Notes: generated from the letters alone by a model not told the origin. A stretch of DNA of 64,000 nt from Candidatus Cacconaster scatequi (GCA_018065305.1 JAGHTO010000014.1:6243-70242); one strand, 5' to 3'. Positions 47,901 to 56,206 are shown, counted from the first letter of the stretch. Numbers and translations: made by a program.

Positions 47901-49534
47901 GCCGAGTGAAGGGAAAGAGTGTCAAGAGAGATGTTCCGGACGGCCAATGCCGCATCTATCCCGTGCTCGGGAGAGAGGGATGCGTCCAGTCCGATGGCAT
48001 CGAACGTTATGCCGTATTTTGAAATGATGCCTCCTGCCGGATTGTCCCGGTCAACTTTGACGGATGCAGTCAGTTCCGGAAGGATTTTACTTATTGAAGG
48101 CACGTCTAATTCAGACGAATCAAGCTGAGTACCGACAACTGATGATACTTTCTCCAGAGAGTTGAGAAGGTCGGTAACATACAGGTTCGTTTCAGTTTCT
48201 ACGGAGAAACCTCCGGTTTTCACGCTGATGTCGGTCTTTCCCCTCCGCGTGAGGGCGGCCACGAAGAGTGTATCGAGATTGAGCCCGATGGAATCCTTGC
48301 GGAAAGACAGAGTGTCAAAATCCGCATCAATCGTGAGGGAGGGCCGTTTTGACTCTATGTCCGATGCCTTGAAATCCATAACGCCCGACAGTGCGGCAAG
48401 CAAGGAGGTATCGGCATAAGAAGCCTTTGTCCTGATGCGGCCGGAGATTGCCCCCCTGTCAATGTTTGCGGACAGAAGTGCAGGGCCGACCTTGACAGGC
48501 CCGGTGTCGCAACTGTCAATACGGGCTTTCACGTCAATCCCGGTACGGTTGTCGGAAATGTCGAATCCGTGGCCGTTGACAGAAACTGTTCCCTTTGCCG
48601 AAACCGGCAGGTCATACGGTATGATGTCCGACAGGGATGTCCATCCCATATCCAGATTGACGGAATAGGCAATAGACTGTATATCTGCCAAATCCAGTGT
48701 CGCGCCCGCATCCGCCGTCACCTCCCCTTTCCTGACGTGGATTTTCTCCGCTCGAATGAATGTCGAATCCATAGCGGCAACTAGCTCCGCTTCGTCGAGG
48801 CTGAAACTCTTGCCGGAAATCCCCACACTCAAAGGGCCGGAGACAAAGGAATCGGCGTGATATGCCGAGCGGCCGATATCTGCTGTCCCCGAGAATGAAA
48901 TATCAGAGACATCCACATCCAGGTCGATGGGATTCAGCCTGACCTTAGCATCCCGTATGGATGCCTTCCTGACATCGAAGACCCATCCGAAAGAGGAGGA
49001 ATCATTGTCGGGAGGCGTGTCTTCCTGCTGTGCAGGAAGATTGACAGTCAGGTCAACTCCAGCCAGAGAGACCTCATTGACAAGGGTATATGTACTGTAA
49101 AAGGAGGTCGAATCGCTGACAATGTCCAACCTGCCCACTTTTCCCCGAAGTCCAACTCCCGGAAGCAGTTCTTTGGTATCCGCACTCAAGTTGCGGATTC
49201 GGAAACGCTTGATTCCGGCTACACCGTCCATTATGGCGTGCAGGTCGGGTCTGAGTATGAATTCATCCACAGCAACGAGAGTGTCGGCACTGTTGTCCAG
49301 CACCGAAACACTATGCAAATCGATGTCTGCAATGGGAGATATGCCTACCCGCCCTACGGAAACTTCAAATCCGGTTTTCTCCCGGAGGATGTTTTCCGCC
49401 ATGCTGACAGCCCTCGTCTGCACCGGAGGAAAATAGAGTATGAGTGCCGCAAGCGCAATGCAGAGAAACGGAACGAGAACTATGGTGGACAGAATCCACC
49501 ACAATACTGACCATATTTTCCTCCTCCTTTTCAA
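44951..49534 (-). CDS. TamB-like (AsmA-like/DUF490) protein fused to a C-terminal Omp85-type beta-barrel
   Basis: TTG start with an N-terminal TM anchor (IWSVLWWILSTIVLVPFLCIALAALILYF). A long beta-rich repeat region and a TamB C-terminal-like block follow (..LSKSFFDNRLKLSVGGRI..). The last ~400-450 aa carry Omp85 motifs (YIGGPNSIRAF, VFVDAGNVW) and a terminal ..GIGYPF. Confidence 0.75.
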   Translation of the reverse strand: MKRRRKIWSVLWWILSTIVLVPFLCIALAALILYFPPVQTRAVSMAENILREKTGFEVSVGRVGISPIADIDLHSVSVLDNSADTLVAVDEFILRPDLHAIMDGVAGIKRFRIRNLSADTKELLPGVGLRGKVGRLDIVSDSTSFYSTYTLVNEVSLAGVDLTVNLPAQQEDTPPDNDSSSFGWVFDVRKASIRDAKVRLNPIDLDVDVSDISFSGTADIGRSAYHADSFVSGPLSVGISGKSFSLDEAELVAAMDSTFIRAEKIHVRKGEVTADAGATLDLADIQSIAYSVNLDMGWTSLSDIIPYDLPVSAKGTVSVNGHGFDISDNRTGIDVKARIDSCDTGPVKVGPALLSANIDRGAISGRIRTKASYADTSLLAALSGVMDFKASDIESKRPSLTIDADFDTLSFRKDSIGLNLDTLFVAALTRRGKTDISVKTGGFSVETETNLYVTDLLNSLEKVSSVVGTQLDSSELDVPSISKILPELTASVKVDRDNPAGGIISKYGITFDAIGLDASLSPEHGIDAALAVRNISLDTLSLHSADVRLTQADDDLLCRIDLDFLSQYGLPDIRAGLDAVLSGSCATASLKVKSEIKDGTLGIRDLNTGLDLDLDASLDRKSLSAEGRLILDGLQYASADFGTHTVRFEGTSPDMKFFDLSADTDNIPLSVIGSFVDLGNLTTGGEVLAKVSAKGSLDSLRISGEVVPDGITVGYAPFDAQLAIGNVPIRLEDGMVRIDSLPVYAVDSTYAVVDGTLALSDMAMDFAIKSDRFKPLPLERKDTIPYFGNVAAGLDIVLAGTPEKLDISGDVTLLPETDITYLIDRKNYVHVKPSGKVNVQYPIGGEMLLDGRIDVKQGEIRYSPPYYPFEPFSIDPGSNVTFNGPLDRMSLNVSALQPARAIVGDLGERTREVDFIVGVRVVNTLKDLGIKFSIEAPDDAVIQKEIEGFSDEDRDRIAVTLLATGMYASETNTALNKSGYAVTSILQRSANALANNALGKYVDLDFGAGTSYRDGLLSTDYTMALSKSFFDNRLKLSVGGRISDMGGNGQKSQSAIDNLSVDWRLKKDSKTTLTLFHKKDYENIVDGELDKDGIGIRTGFDVRSAKDSVNPFTFDLEGNVSYRSNSQLGPDMSVTMTKRNLLKLDELISAKVFGAYYWKMANRDRDNNYVNDNFDIGFDASVSFPKIFFPGFAKKRFEQPVSTSLNVGYMFENIAAGCMLNKVSLGANYGFRTSRYVTHDFSPVNWTLVLTAGDLNYYGGFSNKDNLIKSIADNTNTLSLGYNFRYNNTFETSRAVTTRLEAGVKESAILLNSIIKPEPFDEYVKFNAELRNRFRVSEATSLATRIFAGSAITVGGGYGAPLADLFYIGGPNSIRAFAPRSIGPGEFHSDKYDMYMYHSGEIKFEANVEYRFPLFWMLEGAVFVDAGNVWNAKSVRDCCTAQELAELEKITGIIYNFDDGIKFNKLLQQIALGSGFGVRFVFQSIVARLDLGIAIHAPYDTGKPGYYNIPHFFKDGMRLNFGIGYPF

Positions 49535-49543
49535 AACAACTTC

Positions 49544-50764
49544 CTAGTCGATACGGCCGGTGTATGCGTCACGCTTGCCGGTATCGAATTTGGAGTTGAA
49601 GAACTTGTCGGCAGCCTTGTCGATTTCCTGATCCCAGGGTGACGGCCCTCCGGCTTTCTGAACCACCCACAATCTGAGTTCCTTTGTGTGCCAGTTCACG
49701 CTGCAGTTCGTACCCCAGGCTCCGCCGTGGCCGAACCAGCTCTCCTGACTGTCCTTTTCCGGAGCGCTGAGTCCGAGGGAATAACCTTCAAATCCTTCAG
49801 GACGAGTGGAAACGGCGAGAATGGACTTTACGGTCTCCTCCTTGAGAATACGCACGCCATTTTCACCCAGTCCGAGGTTCATAAGCATCTTATAGAACTT
49901 CAGCTGGTCCTCCGCCGTGGTCCAGAGACCCGCGCCGGCAGAAGCGAATACGTGTGAATCATTGTACGGACGCTGTTCCCAGCCCATCTCCTCAACCCAC
50001 CGTGCCGGAGCGTCCTCCTGATATTCATAAAGTTCAATCTTGTTTTCTATCTGCCTGTCGGTCGGCCAGAACCAGGTGGACTTCATTCCGAGGGGATCGA
50101 GCACCTCCTGTTTGAGATAATTCTCCCACTTCATTCCGGTCACGGCCTCGACGACTGCTGCGCCGATGTCTATTCCCGTATTTGAATACTGCACCTGTGT
50201 TCCCGGTTCGAACATCAGCGGGGATGCCGCGGCAACGGATGCCGCCTGGCGGATGGGAGCTCCTCCGCTCCATCCTCCTCCACGCACGTCCAGGCGTTTT
50301 GCACTTATCTCAAAAGGGAAACCACCGGTATGATTGAGCACCATCCTGACTGTCAATACATTTTTTGCCTTATGAAGCGTCTTAATTCCGTCCTTCTCCG
50401 AATCGAGCACCCAAAGTTCCTCAAATTCAGGCAGATACTTTGATACAGGATCATCAAGGGAGATACGTCCCTCCTCAACCAACTTGGCAATTGTGACTCC
50501 GCAGAACCCCTTTGTCTGCGAGCACTGCATGAAAGCGCTGCTCATCTTGATAGGGCGCTTCGACGCAGCATCGGCATAGCCTATGCAGCAGGTCTCCTGC
50601 ACACCATCCTTGTAAAAGACACAGATGGCACCGGGGAGTCGTCCGTCATCGACATACGGTTTCAATGCATCATAAGCGAACTTGGTTTGGGATTCCTTGG
50701 GATTTCCGGCGACTGCCATCGTGCAGACAAGCGCCGCGGCGACAAAGAGAATGAATCTTTTCAT
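49544..50764 (-). CDS. Exported serine hydrolase, beta-lactamase/PBP4*-like family
   Basis: Signal peptide, SxxK motif (SQTK), and a length of about 400 aa. Confidence 0.75.
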   Translation of the reverse strand: MKRFILFVAAALVCTMAVAGNPKESQTKFAYDALKPYVDDGRLPGAICVFYKDGVQETCCIGYADAASKRPIKMSSAFMQCSQTKGFCGVTIAKLVEEGRISLDDPVSKYLPEFEELWVLDSEKDGIKTLHKAKNVLTVRMVLNHTGGFPFEISAKRLDVRGGGWSGGAPIRQAASVAAASPLMFEPGTQVQYSNTGIDIGAAVVEAVTGMKWENYLKQEVLDPLGMKSTWFWPTDRQIENKIELYEYQEDAPARWVEEMGWEQRPYNDSHVFASAGAGLWTTAEDQLKFYKMLMNLGLGENGVRILKEETVKSILAVSTRPEGFEGYSLGLSAPEKDSQESWFGHGGAWGTNCSVNWHTKELRLWVVQKAGGPSPWDQEIDKAADKFFNSKFDTGKRDAYTGRID

Positions 50765-50914
50765 AGGTCAAGTACATTTTTTCAGTAATCAAATATCGCA
50801 AATAATATCGGTCTTGGCAACAATTTGTAAAATCAAATCAAGCGCCTATGTCATTCACGCCTCAAAAAAACGGGGTTCGATGGCTATCCTCGATTTTTCG
50901 CGTGGGATAGCCAT

Positions 50915-50943
50915 CCATCTCCACAAGAAAAGGAGCCTTGCGG
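50915..50943 (+). repeat. 29-nt inverted duplicate of the ssrA 3' end plus proximal terminator arm
   Basis: CCATCTCCACAAGAAAAGGAGCCTTGCGG on the plus strand equals the minus-strand sequence of 51109-51137 (29/29). Confidence 0.8.
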
Positions 50944-51091
50944 TACTACGGGAATAGCAAGGCGGCACCAGCCGCCGTGGCGGAGTGTGGGAGATGTTCG
51001 AAGAACATCGAGCCACGGAGCCACCCCGATGGAGCGACAGCGGAATCGGGTATGCCCCTCGGGGCAGCTGCGTAGCAGCGGGGGTTATATT

Positions 51092-51133
51092 CTCCACAAG
51101 AAAAGGAGCCGCAAGGCTCCTTTTCTTGTGGAG
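51092..51133 (-). terminator. Perfect 19-bp hairpin at the ssrA 3' end
   Basis: CTCCACAAGAAAAGGAGCC-GCAA-GGCTCCTTTTCTTGTGGAG. The distal arm overlaps the last bases of the tmRNA acceptor. Confidence 0.6.
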
Positions 51134-51522
51134 ATGGGCGGGGTCGAACCGCCGTCCGAATAAAGCACCAGAGGGCTTTCTACACGTTTATCCTGCTCTT
51201 GATTGTCGGGGGACGGCTGCCAGCAGGCGGGCCACCGGACCCTTATCCTCGAAATCTTAACGCGTTTTAGAGGAGTGAACGCGGGCATCCCTCTTGGATG
51301 ATACCCCGTGTGCCGGAGATAGAGGGCTCAAACCCCGGCGGGATACTCGTCGCTATGGACCTTGTCCACGCGATTAAGGAGTCTGCCTCAGGCTAGACTA
51401 CGCAGCGAGTGCATAAGAGTTGTTGCCAGTTATGGCTTGAGGTCTGAGATTTACGAGAGGGGCCACGACTCTCGACGTGCTTACCGTCCGACATCATTTA
51501 CCGTCAAAACCAATACATCCCC
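51129..51522 (-). ncRNA. ssrA: tmRNA (SsrA)
   Basis: The minus strand reads 5'-GGGGATGTATTGGTTTTGACGG...GGACGGCGGTTCGACCCCGCCCATCTCCA-3'. The acceptor stem has the G3:U70 pair and a T-arm GGTTCGA. The internal tag frame GGC AAC AAC TCT TAT GCA CTC GCT GCG TAG encodes GNNSYALAA (51398-51427). Confidence 0.9.
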
Positions 51523-51563
51523 AGAAATCGATTGTCAAACGACACCGCAAAGATGCAAAAAAT

Positions 51564-52883
51564 TTATTTCACATACCAGTCAATCATATCATTTATAGCC
51601 TTCCGGCAGACAGGGCAGAATCCGGGAGCGGTATTGTTGAGCATACGACACTCATAATAAGGGCGATAGCATCCTTTTGCCATATACCCGGCCCCCTCGA
51701 AGACACCCACCGTACCATACCACTTCTCAGGGTCGGCGGGAGTCGGGACCGGAGTGCCGGCAGCAACCATATCCTTCCATTTCGAGCCGAAATCGGTGAG
51801 ATTGGTGATATTGGGTTCCCAAGGCTCGATTCCCGGCAGATAGTAATCCTCGTAAGCAACGTCGGAAGTATAATACTCGTCGGCCAGCCCCGCGAAACTG
51901 TGCCCGAACTCGTGGACCAGCACCACCTCCGACAATTTGTTGTCGGCAGTGCCGAGAGCGTATGAACCGTACACTCCCCCGCCTCCGTATTTGGATTCGT
52001 TCGCCACGACTATCAGGGCGTCGTGCGGAACCCCGGCAGCCGCCCGGGCAATCAATGAGTGATCCCAGACCGTAAGATATCTGTCGATATAGAAGGTGTC
52101 GAACATCGAGGCCAGCACCGTGTTTCTCCAGACACCGTTCTGCGGCACCGTCACCCCATTCTCCGCCGACGCGCTCTCCACAAACCACAGATTGAAGTCA
52201 TCCCTTCTGGAAGCATACGGTTCCAGAGAGAAGAAGGTCTCCACCAGCCGTCTGGCATCGCTGCGGAATTTCTCCATATTGTCAGCCGTATACCCTTCCG
52301 CCACAATGGCAATGTCGACCTTTTCGGAAGGGTCCCCGCTCAATGAGGAGGTTGCCGGCCACACACTTTCCGGGCAGGGAACGATATGCCTGTCGGTGGG
52401 GTCAATGTCGAATTCCGTGAGGGCGGTGAATCTGCCGGTAGAGCGGACCCTCTGATAGATGACAAGATGCACTGTCTCCTTCGGCATCGGAATCCAGATG
52501 CTCTGCCCGGCCGACATTGAGACGGTGCCGGCCTGCGCCGTTGTGGTCCACTCGTCAAAGAGAGTGCAGAACCCGTGAGAGTAGACCAGCTTACCTCCGG
52601 AAAAGAGTTCATAGAAATACTGCCCGTACCCGAAAGTGTCAATCAGATTGATTTTGGATGCACTCCACAGCGCCTCTTTCTGGAGCCCCTTGAGATATAT
52701 GGCCTGCGAGGAGGCGTTCCCTGCCAATTCAAGGTCAATACGCAACCTCTCCGGAGTGAAGAATTCCTGATAATCGACTTTCCCTTCAAAGGTGGAACTG
52801 ACTGTCCCGTCGCCATTGGAGGCGGGGACGTCGCGGCAGGAAAGAACCGCTGCTGACAGCAGGACGAAAAGCAATTTTTTCAT
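51564..52883 (-). CDS. Exported M64 (IgA-peptidase-like) zinc metalloprotease
   Basis: Signal peptide, an HExxH in VLVHEFGHSFAGLADEY, and the overall M64-like layout. Confidence 0.75.
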   Translation of the reverse strand: MKKLLFVLLSAAVLSCRDVPASNGDGTVSSTFEGKVDYQEFFTPERLRIDLELAGNASSQAIYLKGLQKEALWSASKINLIDTFGYGQYFYELFSGGKLVYSHGFCTLFDEWTTTAQAGTVSMSAGQSIWIPMPKETVHLVIYQRVRSTGRFTALTEFDIDPTDRHIVPCPESVWPATSSLSGDPSEKVDIAIVAEGYTADNMEKFRSDARRLVETFFSLEPYASRRDDFNLWFVESASAENGVTVPQNGVWRNTVLASMFDTFYIDRYLTVWDHSLIARAAAGVPHDALIVVANESKYGGGGVYGSYALGTADNKLSEVVLVHEFGHSFAGLADEYYTSDVAYEDYYLPGIEPWEPNITNLTDFGSKWKDMVAAGTPVPTPADPEKWYGTVGVFEGAGYMAKGCYRPYYECRMLNNTAPGFCPVCRKAINDMIDWYVK

Positions 52884-53509
52884 ATCAAAAATGAGATTGT
52901 TCCCGGCCCCTCGTGGCAGAGAAGGTCGAGTATTGAAAGATTTGACTTGAAGCCGGAACGCGATGAGAAAATCTGATAATATTCCCTGTTGAAACCGAAC
53001 TCATCGAGAAGGCTTTCCCCACGATATTTCGGCTGAATCCTCGTCCTGAAATCCCCAGCCCCGCAATCCGGCCTGAACGAATCCGTGAATTCAATCTCCG
53101 CCCTGATTCCGACCAGTTCCAGCAATTTTTCAGTCAGGGCGATATCAAGGTCAAAGAGAAACTCAGGCTTCTTCCGCAGAATCTCAAGAAAGTCATCCTT
53201 GTAGTAAAGATAGAACGGGGAGGAGTTGTAGGCCGCTTCAATGGCACGCGTATGCTGCTGAAGCCACGGCTCGCTGTAATCGATGCGTATGTCCCTTATC
53301 GGGCGGGCGTGGATGACATCCTTGATGACCGGAATCGAAAGCTGCATCACCCCTCCTCCGGAATATATCCGGCAGCGGTTTCGATATGACTGCTTCTGAT
53401 AAAGTTCGTTCTGTTCGACAACCACCCGCCCGCTCTGTGCAATGGCGAAGAAATACTCCACCGGAGGGAAGTATGCCGCTGAAAGGGTAACCGTGTCGAA
53501 AAGAGGCAT
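52880..53509 (-). CDS. WbqC family protein
   Basis: The N-terminal block SAAYFPPVEYFFAIAQS....EQNELYQKQSYRNRCRI is characteristic of WbqC-like proteins. Confidence 0.75.
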   Translation of the reverse strand: MPLFDTVTLSAAYFPPVEYFFAIAQSGRVVVEQNELYQKQSYRNRCRIYSGGGVMQLSIPVIKDVIHARPIRDIRIDYSEPWLQQHTRAIEAAYNSSPFYLYYKDDFLEILRKKPEFLFDLDIALTEKLLELVGIRAEIEFTDSFRPDCGAGDFRTRIQPKYRGESLLDEFGFNREYYQIFSSRSGFKSNLSILDLLCHEGPGTISFLI

Positions 53510-54282
53510 CAGCGTTTCACGATTCCTCTTGAGGATTTCTCTATGAAGTCGAGAATCGCTGTCTTGTGAGCGCTCTCGGGGAAGACTTCGCGGATTACGC
53601 GGCAGGCATCGGAGATGTTCTTGTCACTCTCGTAAATTTGTTTGTAGATATCCCTGATTTCCTCGATTGAGTGAATGTCGAATCCGTGACGGCGAAGCCC
53701 CACGATATTGATTCCCTCATAGATGACGGGATTTCTGGCGGCAAGGACAAACGGAGGGATATCCTTGTTCACCGCGGCTCCGCCACCGACCATCGCGTGG
53801 CAGCCGATGTGCGAGAACTGATGGACAAGAGCCCCTCCCCCAAGGATGGCCCAGTCATCCACGTCCGTCTCCCCGGCTATTGCGGCAAAACTTGAGAAGA
53901 TGCAGTTGTTCCCGACACGGCAATCGTGTGCTATATGGACATACGACATTATCAGACAGCCGCTTCCAACCTTGGTCAGCAGTTTGCCGCTGGCTTCGGT
54001 ACCGCGGTTGATGGTGGCACATTCACGGATTGTGGTGTTGTCACCGATTTCCACATAGGAGACCTCTCCGTGGAACTTCAGGTCCTGGGGGATTGCTCCA
54101 ATCACGGCTCCGGGGAAAATCCTGCATCCGTTTCCGATTTTCACGTAATCATATATGGTTACGTTGGGACCGATCTTGCAGTTGTCCCCTATCTCGACGT
54201 TTCCGGAGATACAGGTGAACGGCCCGATTTCCACATTCTTTCCTATTTTGGCATCCGGATGGATGTAATTCATTGTATTCAT
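53509..54282 (-). CDS. lpxA: Acyl-ACP--UDP-N-acetylglucosamine O-acyltransferase
   Basis: Left-handed beta-helix hexapeptide repeats and a C-terminal helical domain. It follows lpxC. The ATG at 54282 is preferred; the track start at 54306 is TTG and overlaps lpxC. Confidence 0.9.
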   Translation of the reverse strand: MNTMNYIHPDAKIGKNVEIGPFTCISGNVEIGDNCKIGPNVTIYDYVKIGNGCRIFPGAVIGAIPQDLKFHGEVSYVEIGDNTTIRECATINRGTEASGKLLTKVGSGCLIMSYVHIAHDCRVGNNCIFSSFAAIAGETDVDDWAILGGGALVHQFSHIGCHAMVGGGAAVNKDIPPFVLAARNPVIYEGINIVGLRRHGFDIHSIEEIRDIYKQIYESDKNISDACRVIREVFPESAHKTAILDFIEKSSRGIVKR

Positions 54283-54286
54283 AGCA

Positions 54287-55120
54287 TCATTGATTTTCTG
54301 TTTCAAGAAAAGACTTCAGGGCTGTCACGTTGAACGTGTGGCCCGGCTTGAATGCCGTGATTCGTCCAACTATCGGTTTTCCTGCGAGCAAAAAGTCTCC
54401 CATCAAATCCAGAAGTTTATGCCTCGCACATTCGTTTTCAAAAATCGGCTTTGAGCCGAGGTATCCGACCGGTTCGTCGATGACCAGAGCGTTGTCCAGA
54501 CTTCCTCCCTTTATCAGGCCGAGAAGGCGGAGCCAGCGAATCTCCCGCTTGAAGCAGAATGTCCGGCTGGGAGCAATGCCGTCGGGATATCCGCTACCGT
54601 CAAAACAGGCTTCCTGCACTCCCAGCACCTTGGAATTGAAATCTATCTTCACTTGATAGGATGTGGCGGAAGCGGGCTCTATCCGGAGATAAGACCCTCT
54701 TCTGTCGTCCCTGTATTCAAAAGGTTCCCTGACTGTAATCACCTCCCTTTCAGCCTCCTGCTCCACCAGACCGTCCGCAACGATTGCCTCTGCGAAAGGC
54801 TTCGCGCTGCCGTCCAGAATGGGGATTTCAGCCCCTTCCATCTCCACCACGGCATTGTCGACTCCCAGCCCCGCAAATGCGGAAAGAAGATGTTCCACGG
54901 TGCGTGCCTCGGCCTTTCCCGATTTAAGGCCTGTGCTGCGTGCTCCCTTATGGAAATTGGCGGCATCAGCCTTGACTTCGGCTCCCCGGAGGTCAAGACG
55001 GCGGAAAACTATGCCGGTCCCTTCCGGCGCCGGACAGAGCGAAATCCTGACGTGCCTGCCGGAATGAAGACCTACGCCTTCAAAAGTATATATCCTGCTG
55101 AGAGTCTGCTGCTTCATCAT
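54287..55120 (-). CDS. lpxC: UDP-3-O-acyl-N-acetylglucosamine deacetylase (stand-alone, no FabZ domain)
   Basis: MMKQQTLSRIYTFEGVGLHSGRHVRISL.., ..TVEHLLSAF.., ..HKLLDLMGD... The ORF stops after about 277 aa. Confidence 0.85.
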   Translation of the reverse strand: MMKQQTLSRIYTFEGVGLHSGRHVRISLCPAPEGTGIVFRRLDLRGAEVKADAANFHKGARSTGLKSGKAEARTVEHLLSAFAGLGVDNAVVEMEGAEIPILDGSAKPFAEAIVADGLVEQEAEREVITVREPFEYRDDRRGSYLRIEPASATSYQVKIDFNSKVLGVQEACFDGSGYPDGIAPSRTFCFKREIRWLRLLGLIKGGSLDNALVIDEPVGYLGSKPIFENECARHKLLDLMGDFLLAGKPIVGRITAFKPGHTFNVTALKSFLETENQ

Positions 55121-56082
55121 TGTCTGTCAGGAGCATTCTTGAAGATGGCATATGCGCGCATAAACTTGTGATATTCGAACGCCGGCCCCCCCATAAGAAC
55201 CTGTCCCGGTTTCCTGACGCTCCCCTGAACTCCGGAGCCCGCCGCAATCGTGGTGTTGTCCGCAATCGTCAGATGCCCTACAATACCCACCTGGCCTGCA
55301 ATCACACAATTCTTCCCCACCTTGGTTGACCCCGCTATTCCGCTCATCGCGGCCATCACGGTATTCTCCCCTATCTCCACGTTATGCGCCACCATACACA
55401 GGTTGTCTATCTTCACACCCTTCCTTATTATCGTGGAACCCATTGTCGCCCTGTCCACGGTCGTATTGGCTCCAATCTCCACATTCTCTTCCAGAACCAC
55501 GTTCCCCAGCTGCGGAATCTTATGATACACGCCCTGCGCATCCGGAGCAAATCCGAAACCGTCGGCCCCGATGACGGCATTGGCGTGGATGATGCAGTTG
55601 TCGCCTATTATGCAACCGCCGTATATCTTCACACCGGAATAGATGGTGCAGTTCCTGCCTATTTTCACACCGGGCCCTATCGAAACCTGCGAATGAATCC
55701 TGGTACCGCGTCCGATGCGTGCGGATATATGGATGGAATTGCTGCTTTCCAGCCTGGCGCGGAAACCGTTCCCCACTCCGCGACGGCCATTCAGATTCTT
55801 GAAGTAACCCAGCAGGGTGGAAACGCCTCCATACACATCCTTCAGCCTGATGACCGTTGCCGGCACCGGCCCCGAAGGCACGAAATCCTCCGGAATCAGA
55901 AGAACCGTAGCCTTGGTGTCATAGATATATCTCTCATATTTGGGGTTGGCATAGAAACATACGTCACCGGGCACTGCATTCTCTATCCTGGCCGGCTTTA
56001 CGACAACCGCCTCAGCATCCCCTTCAAGTTTTCCATCAAGAATACGGGCCAAAGTTCCTGCAGTCACCTCTTTCTTTTTCAT
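55117..56082 (-). CDS. lpxD: UDP-3-O-(3-hydroxyacyl)glucosamine N-acyltransferase
   Basis: An N-terminal LpxD domain is followed by hexapeptide repeats. The gene lies upstream of lpxC and overlaps it. Confidence 0.9.
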   Translation of the reverse strand: MKKKEVTAGTLARILDGKLEGDAEAVVVKPARIENAVPGDVCFYANPKYERYIYDTKATVLLIPEDFVPSGPVPATVIRLKDVYGGVSTLLGYFKNLNGRRGVGNGFRARLESSNSIHISARIGRGTRIHSQVSIGPGVKIGRNCTIYSGVKIYGGCIIGDNCIIHANAVIGADGFGFAPDAQGVYHKIPQLGNVVLEENVEIGANTTVDRATMGSTIIRKGVKIDNLCMVAHNVEIGENTVMAAMSGIAGSTKVGKNCVIAGQVGIVGHLTIADNTTIAAGSGVQGSVRKPGQVLMGGPAFEYHKFMRAYAIFKNAPDRQ

Positions 56083-56156
56083 ACTCGCAAATATAACAAA
56101 GAGTGTGCACTAACACAAAATATGCCAAATAAATTTGATAATTAGAGGAATATGCC

Positions 56157-56197
56157 TATATTTGCACCGATTGAGGGGACGGGATGTCCCCTCTTTT
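56157..56197 (+). promoter_or_regulatory. -7 box (TATATTTG, 56157-56164) followed by a leader stem-loop plus T-tract (56173-56197) ahead of rimP-nusA-infB
   Basis: GAGGGGAC-GGGAT-GTCCCCTC is an 8-bp GC-rich stem, followed by TTTT. It lies between the promoter box and the ATG at 56207. Confidence 0.4.
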
Positions 56198-56206
56198 CAT
56201 AATATT

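Noticed and set aside
50765-51522. A prophage or genomic island integrated at ssrA.
   Set aside because: No integrase, excisionase or phage genes are present on either side. Only a 29-nt inverted duplicate was found, and it is reported as a possible scar.
50855-51598. Several 67-91-aa ORFs around the tmRNA gene.
   Set aside because: They overlap ssrA or its repeat-containing flank. The region is fully explained by the tmRNA and terminator structures.
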